A stretch of 64,000 nt of DNA from Candidatus Eiseniibacteriota bacterium (GCA_963792585.1 CAWBWI010000003.1:768001-832000); one strand, 5' to 3'. Counted from the first letter of the stretch, positions 48,721 to 60,590 are shown. Program-made: numbers and translations. The notes: a model not told the origin generated them from the letters alone.

Positions 48721-50244
48721 ATGGCGGGCATCGATCATCCGCTTCACAGGCGGCGTTTCCTCGGAATCCTCGGGGGGGCCGCCGCGGCGACCTTCTCCGG
48801 GCCGCTCGACAGGCTCCTGTCGCCGGCCGAGGTGCGGGCACAGACCTTCCCGGGCATGTTCCCGATCGACGGTGGCATGGCCTCGCGGATCCTCGCGGAA
48901 GCGCGCGCGCGGGGCGCGGGCTTTTCGGAGATCTACCTCGAGACGCGGGCGGTCACCCGCCTGAACCTCTCCGAGCAGTCGATCGAATCGGTCGAGCAGG
49001 GGATCTACGCAGGCTGCGGCGTGCGCGCGATCGACGGCGACCGGATCGGCTACGCGTACGCGGATTCGTTCGAGGAACCGAAGCTGATCGAGGCGGCGCG
49101 CAACGCAGCCGCAATCGCGACCTCCACCTCAACGCCCGCCGCGCAGGCGCTGGCCTTCCAGCTCGAGAACCCGCAGCCGCGGATTCGATACCTGCGCCCC
49201 TTCGACGCGGTCTCCGATGACGAGCGGGTCGGTTGGCTCAAGCAGGCCGACGAGGCCGCACGCGCCTACGACCCGGCCGTGAAACAGGTCACGATCGAGT
49301 GCAACGATGAAATGCTGCGGTTCGCCGTGATCAATTCCGACGGAATCTGGCTCGAGGACGCACTTCCCTTGCTCTACCTCCGGGTGAACGTGAACGCGGA
49401 GAAGGGGGAGCGCCGAAGCATGGGATTGGAGCGCCTGAGCCACCGTCTCGGCGCGGAGCAGATGGACCAGGAGGGGCCGGCCAAGACGGCGCGCGAGGCG
49501 GCGCGTATGGCGATCGCCATGCTCGACGCGGGCCCGGCGCCGGCCGGAGAGATGCCGGTCGTACTCGCCGCCGGAGGGGGCGTGATGTTTCACGAGGCGG
49601 TGGGACACGGGCTCGAGGGCGACGCCGTGCGCAAGGGGACCTCGATGTTCGCCGGGAAGATCGGTCAGGTGGTCGCGGCCGACCGCGTGTCGATCGTCGA
49701 CTGGGGTGGGATCGCCGATCTGCGCGGCTCGTACAACGTGGACGATGAGGGAACCGTGCCCCAGCAGACCATCCTGATCGAGCGGGGCGTGCTCACCGGA
49801 TTCCTGACCGATCGGATCAGCGCCCAATCGCTCGACTCGGGGCGCACCGGAAACGGCCGGAGGCAGTCGTACCGCTTCCCGCCGCTCGTGCGCATGAGCA
49901 ACACCTTCCTCTATCAAGGGGAGGACGACGTCGACCAGATGATCCGCGACACGAAGAGCGGGCTCTTCGCGCGCAACCTCGGGGGAGGAGAGGTCGACAC
50001 GACGACCGGCAACTTCACTTTCGGCGTCCTCGAGGCGTACAGGATCGAAGATGGAAAGATCGGCGCGCCGGTGCGGGGCGCGGTCCTCGTCGGAAACGGT
50101 CCCGAGATCATGAAGCGGATCGACCGCGTCGGGCCCGACCTCAAATTCTGGCCCGGCACCTGCGGCAAAGGGCAGTGGGTCCCGGTCACGGCGGGAGCGC
50201 CCACGCTTCGGATCTCTTCGATGACCGTCGGCGGGTCGGAGTAG
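48721..50244 (+). CDS. tldD: TldD family metalloprotease with Tat signal
   Basis: HRRRFLG Tat motif; FHEAVGHGLEGD, DDEG, TGNGRRQSY, RMSNT, GTCGK. Confidence 0.93.
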   Translation: MAGIDHPLHRRRFLGILGGAAAATFSGPLDRLLSPAEVRAQTFPGMFPIDGGMASRILAEARARGAGFSEIYLETRAVTRLNLSEQSIESVEQGIYAGCGVRAIDGDRIGYAYADSFEEPKLIEAARNAAAIATSTSTPAAQALAFQLENPQPRIRYLRPFDAVSDDERVGWLKQADEAARAYDPAVKQVTIECNDEMLRFAVINSDGIWLEDALPLLYLRVNVNAEKGERRSMGLERLSHRLGAEQMDQEGPAKTAREAARMAIAMLDAGPAPAGEMPVVLAAGGGVMFHEAVGHGLEGDAVRKGTSMFAGKIGQVVAADRVSIVDWGGIADLRGSYNVDDEGTVPQQTILIERGVLTGFLTDRISAQSLDSGRTGNGRRQSYRFPPLVRMSNTFLYQGEDDVDQMIRDTKSGLFARNLGGGEVDTTTGNFTFGVLEAYRIEDGKIGAPVRGAVLVGNGPEIMKRIDRVGPDLKFWPGTCGKGQWVPVTAGAPTLRISSMTVGGSE

Positions 50245-50255
50245 GGGAGGGGAAG

Positions 50256-51614
50256 ATGGAAGAGAAGGCTCTGCTCGAATCCGCGCTCGACGTGCTTCGT
50301 TCCTCCGGTGCCGAAGGAGACGCCTTCCTCGAACACAGGCGCTCCCTGCGCTTGAACGTCCGGGAGGGGCGTCTCGAGGAGATCTCGCGGGCCGAAGTGA
50401 TCGGACTCGGACTTCGCGCCATCAAGAACGGTCGTCTCGGCTTCGCCCACACGACCACCCTCGATGCGGGCGGCGTCGCGAAGGCGGCGCAGAAGGCGCT
50501 CTCCCTTTCCGCGGCGGCGAGTCCGCGCGAGGACCTCTTGCTCGCCGATCCCGCGGGGCCTGGCGACGGAACCGACGAGGGGACGTTGCTGGGAATCTAC
50601 GATCCGGCAATCGAGACGAAACCGATTGGCGAGAAGGTCGAGTGGGCCCGGACGGCCGAGTCGATCGCGCGCGGCTACGAGGTGCGCATCAAGCGCACGG
50701 ATGGAGTGAACTACAACGAGGATCTGGCCAGTTACTGGATCGCGAACACGAAGGGGCTCTTCCGGCACTACCGGCGGAGCCATCTGGACGTGGGCGTGGT
50801 GGTGATTGCCGAGGATCAGGGGGAGATGCAACCGGGTGAGGCCGAGCTGCAATCGCTGAGCTGGGCAGGTCTTCACGACCCCGGAGAGCTGGGCCGGAAG
50901 GCCGGCGAGCGCGCCGTGAGTCTACTCGGAGGTCGTCCCGTGGCGACGGGAAAGTTCCCGGTGGTCTTCTCCCGCGAAGTCGGCTGGACTCTTCTCGTCT
51001 ACCTCTCCGCCGCGCTGAACGGCATGGCGCTCAGCCGCGGCCGCTCCTGGCTCGCGGGCCGCGCCGACGCGAAGATCGGCAGTCCTCTCGTCACGATCCA
51101 CGATGACGGCCGCAAGGCGGACGCGCCCGCCGCCGCACCATTCGACGGCGAGGGGGTCGACACGCGCGACACGGTCCTCATCGACAGCGGAAAGGTCGTG
51201 GGAAGTTTGCGCGATCTCGCATCGGGGAAGCGCTTGAGCCTTCCATCCACCGGTAACTCCCGACGCGACGGCTACGAGGCGTTGCCGGGAATCGGCGCGG
51301 GCAACATCTACCTCGCGCCCGGGACGACCGCGCCCGAGGAGATTCTTGCCAAGGTCGATCGGGGCTTCTGGATCCGGGGGCTGTCGGGATGGTGGGTGGG
51401 CATCGATCCGTCGAACCCTCAGTTCTCGAGCGCCGCATCGGGTCTCTGGATCGAGAAGGGAAAGCCGGTGCAGGCGGTCGCGCGCGTGACCGTGGCCGGG
51501 ACGATCGAGGAGATCCTGAGCGGCATCGAGGAGGTCGGGAACGATCTCCATTGGGATCAGCAGACGAAGACGCCGACCTTCCGTGTCGGCTCGATGACGA
51601 TCTCGGGTTCCTGA
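50256..51614 (+). CDS. pmbA: PmbA/TldE family protein
   Basis: GLGLR..GRLGFA, PFDGEG, STGNS, PTF..MTISG; follows tldD. Confidence 0.9.
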   Translation: MEEKALLESALDVLRSSGAEGDAFLEHRRSLRLNVREGRLEEISRAEVIGLGLRAIKNGRLGFAHTTTLDAGGVAKAAQKALSLSAAASPREDLLLADPAGPGDGTDEGTLLGIYDPAIETKPIGEKVEWARTAESIARGYEVRIKRTDGVNYNEDLASYWIANTKGLFRHYRRSHLDVGVVVIAEDQGEMQPGEAELQSLSWAGLHDPGELGRKAGERAVSLLGGRPVATGKFPVVFSREVGWTLLVYLSAALNGMALSRGRSWLAGRADAKIGSPLVTIHDDGRKADAPAAAPFDGEGVDTRDTVLIDSGKVVGSLRDLASGKRLSLPSTGNSRRDGYEALPGIGAGNIYLAPGTTAPEEILAKVDRGFWIRGLSGWWVGIDPSNPQFSSAASGLWIEKGKPVQAVARVTVAGTIEEILSGIEEVGNDLHWDQQTKTPTFRVGSMTISGS

Positions 51615-51626
51615 TCGGGGGAGTGG

Positions 51627-53057
51627 ATGAAGCGCAAGGCCGCCCGTCTCTACGTGGACGGGCAGTGGATCGACGGCGATGACCTGATCGACATCCGAAG
51701 TCCGTACGATCACGCCCTCGTCGGCAGGCATCACCGTGCCGGCCCGAATCAGGTGGACAAGGCGCTCGCCGCCGCGGCCGTCGCGTTCGCGGCGCACAAG
51801 AACGACATCCCCGCGGAGCGAGCCGCCGTTCTCGATGCGATGGCCGGGATCCTCGCGCGTCGCTCCGAGGAGTTCGCCCAGACGATCTGTGCCGAGGCGG
51901 GCAAGCCGATCCGCTACGCTCGGCTCGAGGTCGAGCGAAGCCTCCACACGATCCGCTGGTCCGCGGAGGAGGCGAAGAGAATCGGGGGCGAGGTGATCCC
52001 GCTCGACGTGATCGCCGCCGGGCGCGGACACGTCGCGATGACGCGGAGGTTTCCGGTCGGCGTGATCCTCGCCATCACGCCGTTCAACTTCCCCTTGAAC
52101 CTCGTCGCCCACAAGGTCGGGCCCGGCCTCGCGGCCGGCTGCGCCGTTGTCCTGCGCCCCGCGTCGCAGACGCCGCTGACGTCGCTCCTGCTCGCGGAGG
52201 TCGCCGAGGAAGCCGGGCTTCCCGCGGGGCTCTTGAACGTCGTCCCGTGCCCGGTCCAACTCGCGGAGACGATGATCGACGACCCTCGCGTGGCGATGGT
52301 GACCTTCACCGGCAGCCCGCTGGTCGGATGGCCGCTCAAGAAGCGCGCGGCGCACCGAAAGGTGACGCTCGAGCTGGGCGGCAACGCGGCGGTCGTCTTC
52401 GATTCCGGCGTGGATCCGATGCCGCTCCTCGGGAGGCTCGCCTCGGCCGCCTATGCGTATGCGGGGCAGAGTTGCATCTCGGCGCAGAGAATCCTCGTTC
52501 CGCGGGAGATCGAGGCGATGTTCGCCGAAGCGTTCACCGTGCACGTGCGGGAGAAGGTTCCTTACGGCGACCCGTCGAACGAGGAGACGATCGCCGGGCC
52601 CCTCATCCGCAGCGAGGAGGCGGACCGGGTGATGGGCTGGATCGGCGAGGCGCGCGAGTCGGGCGCGGAGATCCTTATCGGCGGCCACCGTTCCGAGAAC
52701 GTGGTCGAGCCCACCCTCCTGCGCAAGGTCGACCCGACGCTCCGGATCTCATGTCAGGAAGTCTTCGGCCCGATCGCCGTGATCGACACCTTCACGGACT
52801 TCGAGGATGCCATCCGCAAGGTCAACAACTCCGACTTCGGTCTCCAGGCGGGGGTCTTCACGCACGACATCGATCACGCCTTCCGGGCCTTCCGCGATGT
52901 CGAGGCGGGCGGTGTGCTGATCAACGAGATGCCGACCTGGCGGATCGACCACATGCCATACGGAGGCGTCAAGCAATCCGGCTTCGGCCGCGAGGGCATC
53001 CGCTTCGCGATCGAGGAGATGACCGAACCGAAGCTGCTCGTTCTGAACCTCGCCTGA
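51627..53057 (+). CDS. Aldehyde dehydrogenase
   Basis: ITPFNFP, FTGS, LELGGN, GQSCIS, EVFGP, YGGVKQSGFGREG. Confidence 0.95.
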   Translation: MKRKAARLYVDGQWIDGDDLIDIRSPYDHALVGRHHRAGPNQVDKALAAAAVAFAAHKNDIPAERAAVLDAMAGILARRSEEFAQTICAEAGKPIRYARLEVERSLHTIRWSAEEAKRIGGEVIPLDVIAAGRGHVAMTRRFPVGVILAITPFNFPLNLVAHKVGPGLAAGCAVVLRPASQTPLTSLLLAEVAEEAGLPAGLLNVVPCPVQLAETMIDDPRVAMVTFTGSPLVGWPLKKRAAHRKVTLELGGNAAVVFDSGVDPMPLLGRLASAAYAYAGQSCISAQRILVPREIEAMFAEAFTVHVREKVPYGDPSNEETIAGPLIRSEEADRVMGWIGEARESGAEILIGGHRSENVVEPTLLRKVDPTLRISCQEVFGPIAVIDTFTDFEDAIRKVNNSDFGLQAGVFTHDIDHAFRAFRDVEAGGVLINEMPTWRIDHMPYGGVKQSGFGREGIRFAIEEMTEPKLLVLNLA

Positions 53058-53150
53058 GGCGGGCGCCCGGCCCCGTCCGCGCTGGGGTGGCGACCGGCGG
53101 CGCCGCGCTGGGCGGACCGCGACGCCGCGGGCGCCCGTCCCTCGATTTCC

Positions 53151-53179
53151 TTGACCCCTCCGGTCGACGGGCCTATCAT
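53151..53179 (+). promoter_or_regulatory. sigma70-type promoter
   Basis: TTGACC-17 nt-TATCAT, 40 bp upstream of ATG 53220. Confidence 0.65.
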
Positions 53180-53219
53180 GATTACGCGCGAACAATGCGC
53201 ATAGCCCGGGAGGTTTCCC

Positions 53220-54071
53220 ATGAGATGGCCGCTGGTTTCCACAGTTCTCCTGCTCGTCGCCGTGTCGATCCTCTCGGTCCCCGTTGAATCGCGGGCGACC
53301 CAATGTTTCTACGGCGACTTCGACACCGACGATGATCCGTGGACGATTCGCACTTCATGCGCGGACGCTTTATGCGACCTCGACTTCATCGTCGAGGCGG
53401 GAGAGATCTCTCCCGCGGGCGAGAACTTCACGATCATTGTGACCGAGGGATGCTGCGACTACCTCTACGAAGGTGATTACGGCACCCTGGTCGAGATGAA
53501 CATGAATTCCGCCTACATCGACTCCTGGAGTGTCAGTTACACGACCTGCACATGTTGTTCGAGCTGGTACATCGACGGGCACTTCCGTTCCGACGCCGTC
53601 TTCGATCCCGGTCAACGCTACGTGATCGGGAGCGGGACCGCGCAACCGCTATGCAACGACACCCATTGGGATTGCATTCCTTCCCATACCTTCCACGCGG
53701 AATTCTGGGTCGAACACATGGGATACTGCGATGGAAATTCGATTGCCATGGAGCTCCAATGCCCAACCTCCGATGCGCCGGATGCCGTCATGGCGGCGGC
53801 CCGTCTGGGCATGCCGTCGCCCAACCCGGTGACGGACGCTCTTCGCTTCACCGTGAATCTGCCCGAGGCGGGCCCGGCGCGCGTGCGCGTCTACGACGCG
53901 AGCGGCGCGATCGTGGCGACACTCGTCGATGAGGAGTTCGCTGCGGGCACCCATCCACAGGCCTGGCGACCGGTGGACGCGCGCGGGTCGCGCCTGGCGA
54001 GCGGGATCTACTTCCTGCGCCTGGATGCGAGCGGCGTGCGCGCCTCGCGTCCGTTCGTGGTCGCTCGTTGA
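53220..54071 (+). CDS. Secreted Cys-rich protein with C-terminal FlgD/T9SS-like sorting domain
   Basis: Signal peptide; Cys-rich N-domain (EGCC, TCTCCS); PNP..VYDASG..LVD..W..ASGIYFLRL tail. Confidence 0.8.
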   Translation: MRWPLVSTVLLLVAVSILSVPVESRATQCFYGDFDTDDDPWTIRTSCADALCDLDFIVEAGEISPAGENFTIIVTEGCCDYLYEGDYGTLVEMNMNSAYIDSWSVSYTTCTCCSSWYIDGHFRSDAVFDPGQRYVIGSGTAQPLCNDTHWDCIPSHTFHAEFWVEHMGYCDGNSIAMELQCPTSDAPDAVMAAARLGMPSPNPVTDALRFTVNLPEAGPARVRVYDASGAIVATLVDEEFAAGTHPQAWRPVDARGSRLASGIYFLRLDASGVRASRPFVVAR

Positions 54072-54105
54072 TATGGAACGACCCTGAGTCAAGGCACTGA
54101 TTCAG

Positions 54106-54663
54106 TGGGGCGATCTTCTCTCTGCCGTGGGAGAAGGTCGCCCCTCTGCTTCCTACCGGGCGTCATGATCGTGGTCCGACGGAGTCGGCGTCGGGGTGCG
54201 AGACGCCGGAGCCGGAGAACCCTTCGTAAGCCGCCCGCTCCGGATAGCCAGCTGTCGATCCACGGATTCGCGAGCTGAGCGCGCCATGGCGGGAGTGGCC
54301 ATGATCGGAAGTCTTTCACTCTGACGTGCTAGTCTGCGAGCCTGTGCCCCTGCAATCGTCGACCGGGACAGCTGATCTCTGATTCGACCTTCTTGGTCCG
54401 CGTCAGCGAAGGGACCGAGCTTCCTCCAATACACCTGCTCCTTACGTTCCTTGCGGGAGTATACTCATCCCGCCTTCAACTACGCGGAGCCGACCGGAAG
54501 GGCACTTACCGTGAGAGCCGCGCGCTTGATCCCATTGATTTCCGATGAGTACGAGCAGTGGAGTGGGTAACCGTCCGTTGACCCGAGATCACCAATCCGC
54601 TTGAACGCTTGGCGTCATGCTGCTGCTCGGAGCCGATTGGGACAAAGGGAAAGGGGCCGCCAG
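54106..54663 (+). repeat. ~560 bp non-coding leader, copy 1
   Basis: Collinear and highly similar to 60591-61147; begins with a strong hairpin at 54107-54144. Confidence 0.92.
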
Positions 54664-57600
54664 ATGAAGAACCAAGGGTCGTTGCGGACCGGATGCCTCT
54701 GTTTGGGTCTCTGTTTGATCTTCGTGATGCTCTGTCCGGCGGTTGGAATTGCTGGCTTGCCGACGCTTGGGACCACTCATCGCGGAAGCGGCCCCCCGGC
54801 GGTGCTGCTCGGGGACAGGGACGGATGGTGGGACGAGCCACCGGATTTCAACGGAGAGGTACTAGATTCAGAGATCATTGGTGTCTTTGGGCTCGAAACC
54901 GAGGTCGCAAACGACTTCTACTCCACGTCGCCGACGACCATCTTTGAAGCCGTGTGGTGGGGAGAGTACTACAACAACGATGGAACCGGGCCAAACGTCT
55001 CTGCATTCAACTTGCGATTCTACGATGACGCGGGTGGCGTTCCGAGCTCCATCGTGGCTGAGTATCTCGAGTCTGTCCCGATGGACACGTTCACCGTGGG
55101 TCAGGGCACCGAGGGACCCGTCTACGAGTACCATGCTGCCGTGTCGGCCAATATCGGAGCGGGAACATACTGGTTCTCGGTTCAAGCATGCGACCACGTG
55201 TTCCCGCCGCAATGGGGTCGCGTAGCAGCGGGGCAGGTAACCGGCCATCAAGCTACGTTTCGTTCCGAGTACTTCTCGTTCCCGGACTGGACTCGTAGTG
55301 TGGAAGTTTTTGGCGTCGCTCTGGATGCAAGTCAGCGATTCTATGCAGCCCCTCCCATTCCCGGAGCGTGCTGCTTCATAGATCTGCGTTGCGAGTCCCT
55401 CATGCCAGTGGACTGTCGCCGGCTCGGGGGGGCATACCAGGGGCCCGAAAGCTCCTGTGACCCGAATCCGTGCCCGTCGAGTCCGATGGCCTGCTGTTTT
55501 CCCGATGGGCACTGCGAGAGAAATGTCTCAGACTGCGTGCGCGGAAGGAGGGGGATCATCCGGCATCGACTTGAGCTGCGATCCCAATCCCTGTTCGCAG
55601 CCCTCGATGGCCTGCTGCTTCGCGGACTTGCACTGCGAGTTCGTCACGGAGAGCATTTGCTTCTCCGAAGGTGGACGTCCACAAGGCTACCCAAGCAACT
55701 GCGACGAGGCATCCTGTCCGCGGCTCGGCGCCTGCTGCAATCCAGCAACGGGAAGCTGTCTGCTCGTGGGTGAGGACCAGTGCATGGCCCCCAGCGTCTG
55801 GATGGGCGATGGAACGGTCTGCCTTCCGAATCCATGCCCTCTGCCGCCCGGCGGCGCGATCGTGGCGTGGGGGAAGAACTGGTCCGGCCAGTGCGAGGTC
55901 CCCGCGCCGAACGCCGACTTCGTGGCGATTGCGGGAGGCAGCGAACACAGCCTGGGTCTCAAGTCCGATAGCTCCATCGTGACCTGGGGGATCGGGCCGG
56001 GTGATCCGCCCGCGCCAAACACGGGTTTCGTGGCGATTGCTGCGGGCAGTCAGCACAGCCTGGGCCTGAAGTCCGACGGCTCCGTCGTGGCATGGGGGAA
56101 CGGCGCCAACGGCCAGTGCAACGTGCCTTTGCCGAACACAGGCTTCGTCGCTATCGCGGCAGGCGAAGCCCACAGCCTGGGCCTGAAGTCCGACGGCTCC
56201 GTCGTGGTATGGGGGTATGACCTGGGCAACGTCCCCGCGCCGAACAGCGGCTTCGTGGCGGTTGCGGCGGGGACTTACCACAGCCTGGGTCTCAAGGCCG
56301 ATGGGGCGATCGTGGCATGGGGGTGGAACTACGGCGGCGAGTGCGACGTCCCCGCACCGAACGCCGACTTCGTGGCGGTTGCGGGGGGCTCGAACCATAG
56401 TATGGGCGTGAAGTCCGACGGTAGGATCGTTGCCTGGGGGCCGAACAACGAGGGTCAGTGCAACGTCCCCTCGCCAAACAATGGCTTCGTGGCGGTTGCG
56501 GCAGGCGACAGGTTTAGTCTGGGTTTGAAGGCCGACGGGACGATCGTGGCCTGGGGGCGCAACAGTTTTGGCCAGTGCGATATCCCCACCCCGAACGCCG
56601 GTTTCGTTGCGGTCGCGGCGGGCTACCAACACAGTCTGGGGTTGGGCCCGCAGGCGCCGGTCGGAGCCTGCTGCAATCCGTCCACGGGCGACTGCACGGT
56701 GACGATCCAGGGGAACTGCAGCTACGACTGGCACGGCGAGTGGACGACCTGCGAGCCGAATCCATGTCCACAGCCTCAAGGCGCGTGCTGTGATCCCGCG
56801 ACCGGAGCCTGCACAGTCACTGCACCACTAGAGTGTGCCGCTCCAAACGTCTGGCACGGGGAGTGGACGACCTGCGCCCCGAATCCCTGTCCGCTGCTGG
56901 GCGCCTGCTGCATTCCAACGACGGGAAGCTGCCAGCAGGTGACCGAGGACCAATGCACCTCCCCCCGTACATGGTTGGGCCCGGGAACGGACTGTTTTCC
57001 GAATCCGTGCCCTCAGCCACCCAGCGGTTCGATCGTGGCCTGGGGATACAACGGCGACGGTCTGTCCAACGTGCCCGCACCCAACATCGACTTCGTGGCG
57101 GTTGCGGCGGGCGTGGTGCACAGCATGGGCCTGAAGACCGACGGGACGATCGCGGCCTGGGGGCAAAACGACAATGGCCAGTGCAACATCCCCGCGCCGA
57201 ACACCGGTTTCGTGGCGATATCAGCGGGTGGAGCTCACAGCTTGGGACTCAAGACGGATGGATCCATCGTCGCATGGGGGTCCAACTGGACAGGCCAGTG
57301 CAACGTCCCCGCACCAAACACAGGTTTCATTGCCATCGGAGGTGGAGGGGGACACAGCCTGGGTCTCAAGGCCGATGGGACGATCGTGGCCTGGGGGCAG
57401 AACGACTACGGCCAGTGCAACGTCCCCACCCCGAACGTCGGTTTCGTGGCGGTCGCGGCGCGGGACTTTCACAGCCTGGGCCAGAAATCCGACGGCACGA
57501 TCGTGGCCTGGGGGAGGAACGACTACGGTCAGTGCGATGTGCCCGCGCCGAACACCGGATTCGTGGGGCTCGGAGTGGGGTCCTACTTCAGCCTGGGCGT

Positions 57601-60556
57601 GAAGGCCGATGGGACGATCGTAGGCTGGGGCAGCAACTATGAGGGCCAGCTCGATGTGCCGGTGCCGAACACCGATTTCGTGGCGGTCGCGGCGGGCGGG
57701 ATGCACAGCATGGGCTTGAAGGCCGACGGGACGATCTTGGCCTGGGGGGGCAACGACTTTGGCCAATGCAACGTCCCCACGCAGAACGCAGGCTTCGCGG
57801 CGATTGCGGCGGGCTCGGCCCACAGCCTGAGTTTGGGCCCGGAGGTTGGCGCGTGCTGCCAATCGGATGGAACCTGCACGCTGACGACTGAAGCCAACTG
57901 CCTGCCCCCAGGGGGATGGCAGGGTGTTGGTTCCGTTTGCGTTCCCAATCCATGCTTCCAGCCGCCCGGCGCGTGCTGTAACCCGACGAACGGAGCCTGC
58001 ACAATCACAACGCCACCTGAGTGTGTCGCTCCCAACGTCTGGCACGGGGAGTGGACAACCTGTGCGCCGAATCCGTGTCCGCAGCCTGAAGCCTGTTGCT
58101 TTGCGGACGGGCACTGCACAATGGTTCTCCCATTGGACTGTCAGCAGTCGAGCGGCGAGCCGCAAGGGGCTGGAACAGACTGCGACCCGAACCCCTGTCC
58201 GCAACCTTCGATGGCTTGTTGTTTCCCGGATGGGAATTGTGAGTTCACCACGGAAAGCGTTTGCCGTTCCGAGGGCGGGAACCCGCAAGGGTACCCAAGC
58301 ACTTGCGACGAAGTGTCCTGTCTACTGCTGGGCGCATGCTGCAATCCGGCAACAGGAAACTGCCTGCTGGTGACCGAGGACCTGTGTACGTCCCCCAGAG
58401 TCTGGATGGGTGTGGGAACGGACTGCCTTCCGAATCCATGCCCTCAGCCGCCCGGTGGCTCGATCTTGGTATGGGGGGATTGCAGCAGTCACCGGTGCGA
58501 GGTCCCTGCACCCAACGGCGACTTTGTGGCGGTTGCCGGGGGTGAACTTCACAACCTGGGCCTGAAATCCGACGGGACGATCGTAGCCTGGGGGTCCAAT
58601 GGAGCCGGCCAGTGCAATGTTCCGGCGCCCAACGCCGACTTCGTTGCTGTCGCCGCAGGGTCCGCGTCCCGCTACAGCCTGGGCCTGAAGTCCGACGGCA
58701 GAATCGTGGCATGGGGGAGCAACAACTACGGCCAGTGCAACGTCCCAGCGTCGAACGCGGATTTCGTGGCGGTTGCGGCGGGTACCTATCACGCCCTGGG
58801 CCTGAAGTCCGGCGGGACAATCGTGGCTTGGGGGTGGAATGAGTACGGTCAGTGCGACGTCCCCACACCCAACGCAAACTTCGTAGCGGTCGCGGCGGGC
58901 GGGGGTCACAGCCTGGGCCTCAAGTCCAATGGGACGATCGTGGCGTGGGGAGCCAACTTCCACGGCCAGTGTAGTGTCCCCGCGCCGAATGCCGACTTCA
59001 TTGCGATCGCGGCGGGGGGCTACGACCACAGCCTGGGTCTGAAGTCCGGCGGCAGAATCGTGGTATGGGGGTGGAACGAGGTCGGTGAGTGCGACGTTCC
59101 CGCGCCAAACTCTGACTTCGTGATGGCAGCGGGGGGCGCACGACATTCCCTGGGCCTCAAATCCGATGGCTCCATCGTGGCCTGGGGGTATAACGGCCAG
59201 GGCCAGTGCAACATCCCTGCCCCGAACACCGGCTTCGTGGCGGTCGCGGGAGGCGGCCATCACAGCCTGGGTTTGGGACCGCAGGTCGGTGCCTGCTGCC
59301 AGTCGAATGGAACCTGCACGTTGACGACGGAAGCCGACTGCCTGCCTCCAGCGCAGTGGCAGGGCGCTGGTTCCGTCTGCGTTCCCAATCCCTGCCCGCT
59401 GCCCATCGGCGCCTGCTGCAATCCGACCACAGGGGGCTGTTCGGTGACGCAGCAGGCGAACTGCAGCTACAACTGGCACGGGGAGTGGACGACGTGTACA
59501 CCGAATCCGTGTCCGCAGCCTCAAGGCGCGTGCTGCAACCTCACGACTGGAGCCTGCACAATCACAACGCCACCGGAGTGTGTCGCTCCAAACGTCTGGC
59601 ACGGGGAGTGGACGACGTGTGAGCCGAACCCGTGTCCGCAGCCTATCGGCGCGTGCTGCAACCCGACGACCGGAGCGTGCAGCGTCACAACGCCACCCGA
59701 GTGTGTCGCTCCGAACGTCTGGCACGGGGAGTGGACGACCTGTACGCCGAATCCGTGCCCGCAGCCTCAGGGCGCATGCTGTAGCCCCGCGACCGGAGCC
59801 TGCACCGTCACAACTCCACCTGAGTGTGTCGCTCCCAATGTCTGGCACGGGGAGTGGACGACGTGCGAGCCGAATCCGTGCCCTCAGCCTCAAGGCGCGT
59901 GCTGTAACCCCACGACCGGAGCGTGCACCGTCACAACGCCACCTGAGTGTGTCGCTCCCAACGTCTGGCACGGCGAGTGGACGAGCTGCGAACCGAATCC
60001 TTGTCCACAACCTCAAGGCGCGTGCTGCAACCCGACAACCGGGGCCTGCGCAATCACGACGTCCCTTGAGTGCATCGCTCCAAACGTCTGGCACGGGGAG
60101 TGGACGACCTGTGAGCCGAACCCGTGCCCCCGTCCGGGAGCTTGCTGCCACGCCGACGGCACATGCACGCTCACATTCCAGGAAGACTGCCAGCCTCCGG
60201 ACAACTATCAAGGAGAAGGAACGCTCTGCCTGGGCAATCAGTGTCCGCCTTCCGCTATCGAGGGGACATCCCAGATTGCGGAGTCGCTGGTTCTCACTCT
60301 GGCCCCTAACCCAAGCTCCCGAGACGTCTCGATCCTGTTCGGCTTGCCCGCGGCAACGGCGATCAGCTTGGAGATCTTCAACGCGGCTGGAGCACTCGTG
60401 CGGCAGCTCGTGGAGGGCCAACTGCCGGCCGGTTCCTTCTCGACGCAATGGGACGGAAAGGATGACAACGGCCGGGAGGTGCCGACAGGGATCTATTTCG
60501 CCCGGATTGTGACGGCACACGGAACCAGGACGGGACGGGTGATTCTGGCCAGATGA
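54664..60556 (+). CDS. Giant secreted repeat protein: N-terminal beta domain, Cys-rich GACC repeats, three 7-bladed RCC1/BLIP-II-like propellers, FlgD/T9SS-like CTD (one apparent +1 frameshift near 55520)
   Basis: ORFs 54601-55773 and 55457-60556 join when aligned with the paralog; blade consensus IVAWGxNxxGQCNVPAPNxxFVAVAAGxxHSLGLKxDG, 3 x 7 copies. Confidence 0.88.
59519..60133 (+). repeat. Five near-identical 123-bp tandem coding repeats (41-aa Cys-rich GACC unit)
   Basis: GACCNPTTGACTVTTPPECVAPNVWHGEWTTCEPNPCPQP repeated at 123-nt period. Confidence 0.9.
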
Positions 60557-60590
60557 AATGAGGTAATCCTGGGCCAAGCTTCCGAGTCGC

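Noticed and set aside
54089..54434. Minus-strand ORFs in the duplicated leader
   Set aside because: Their lengths and stops are not conserved between the two copies and the products look non-protein-like.
59400..60133. CRISPR array
   Set aside because: Repeats are in-frame 123-bp coding units without unique spacers; no cas genes.
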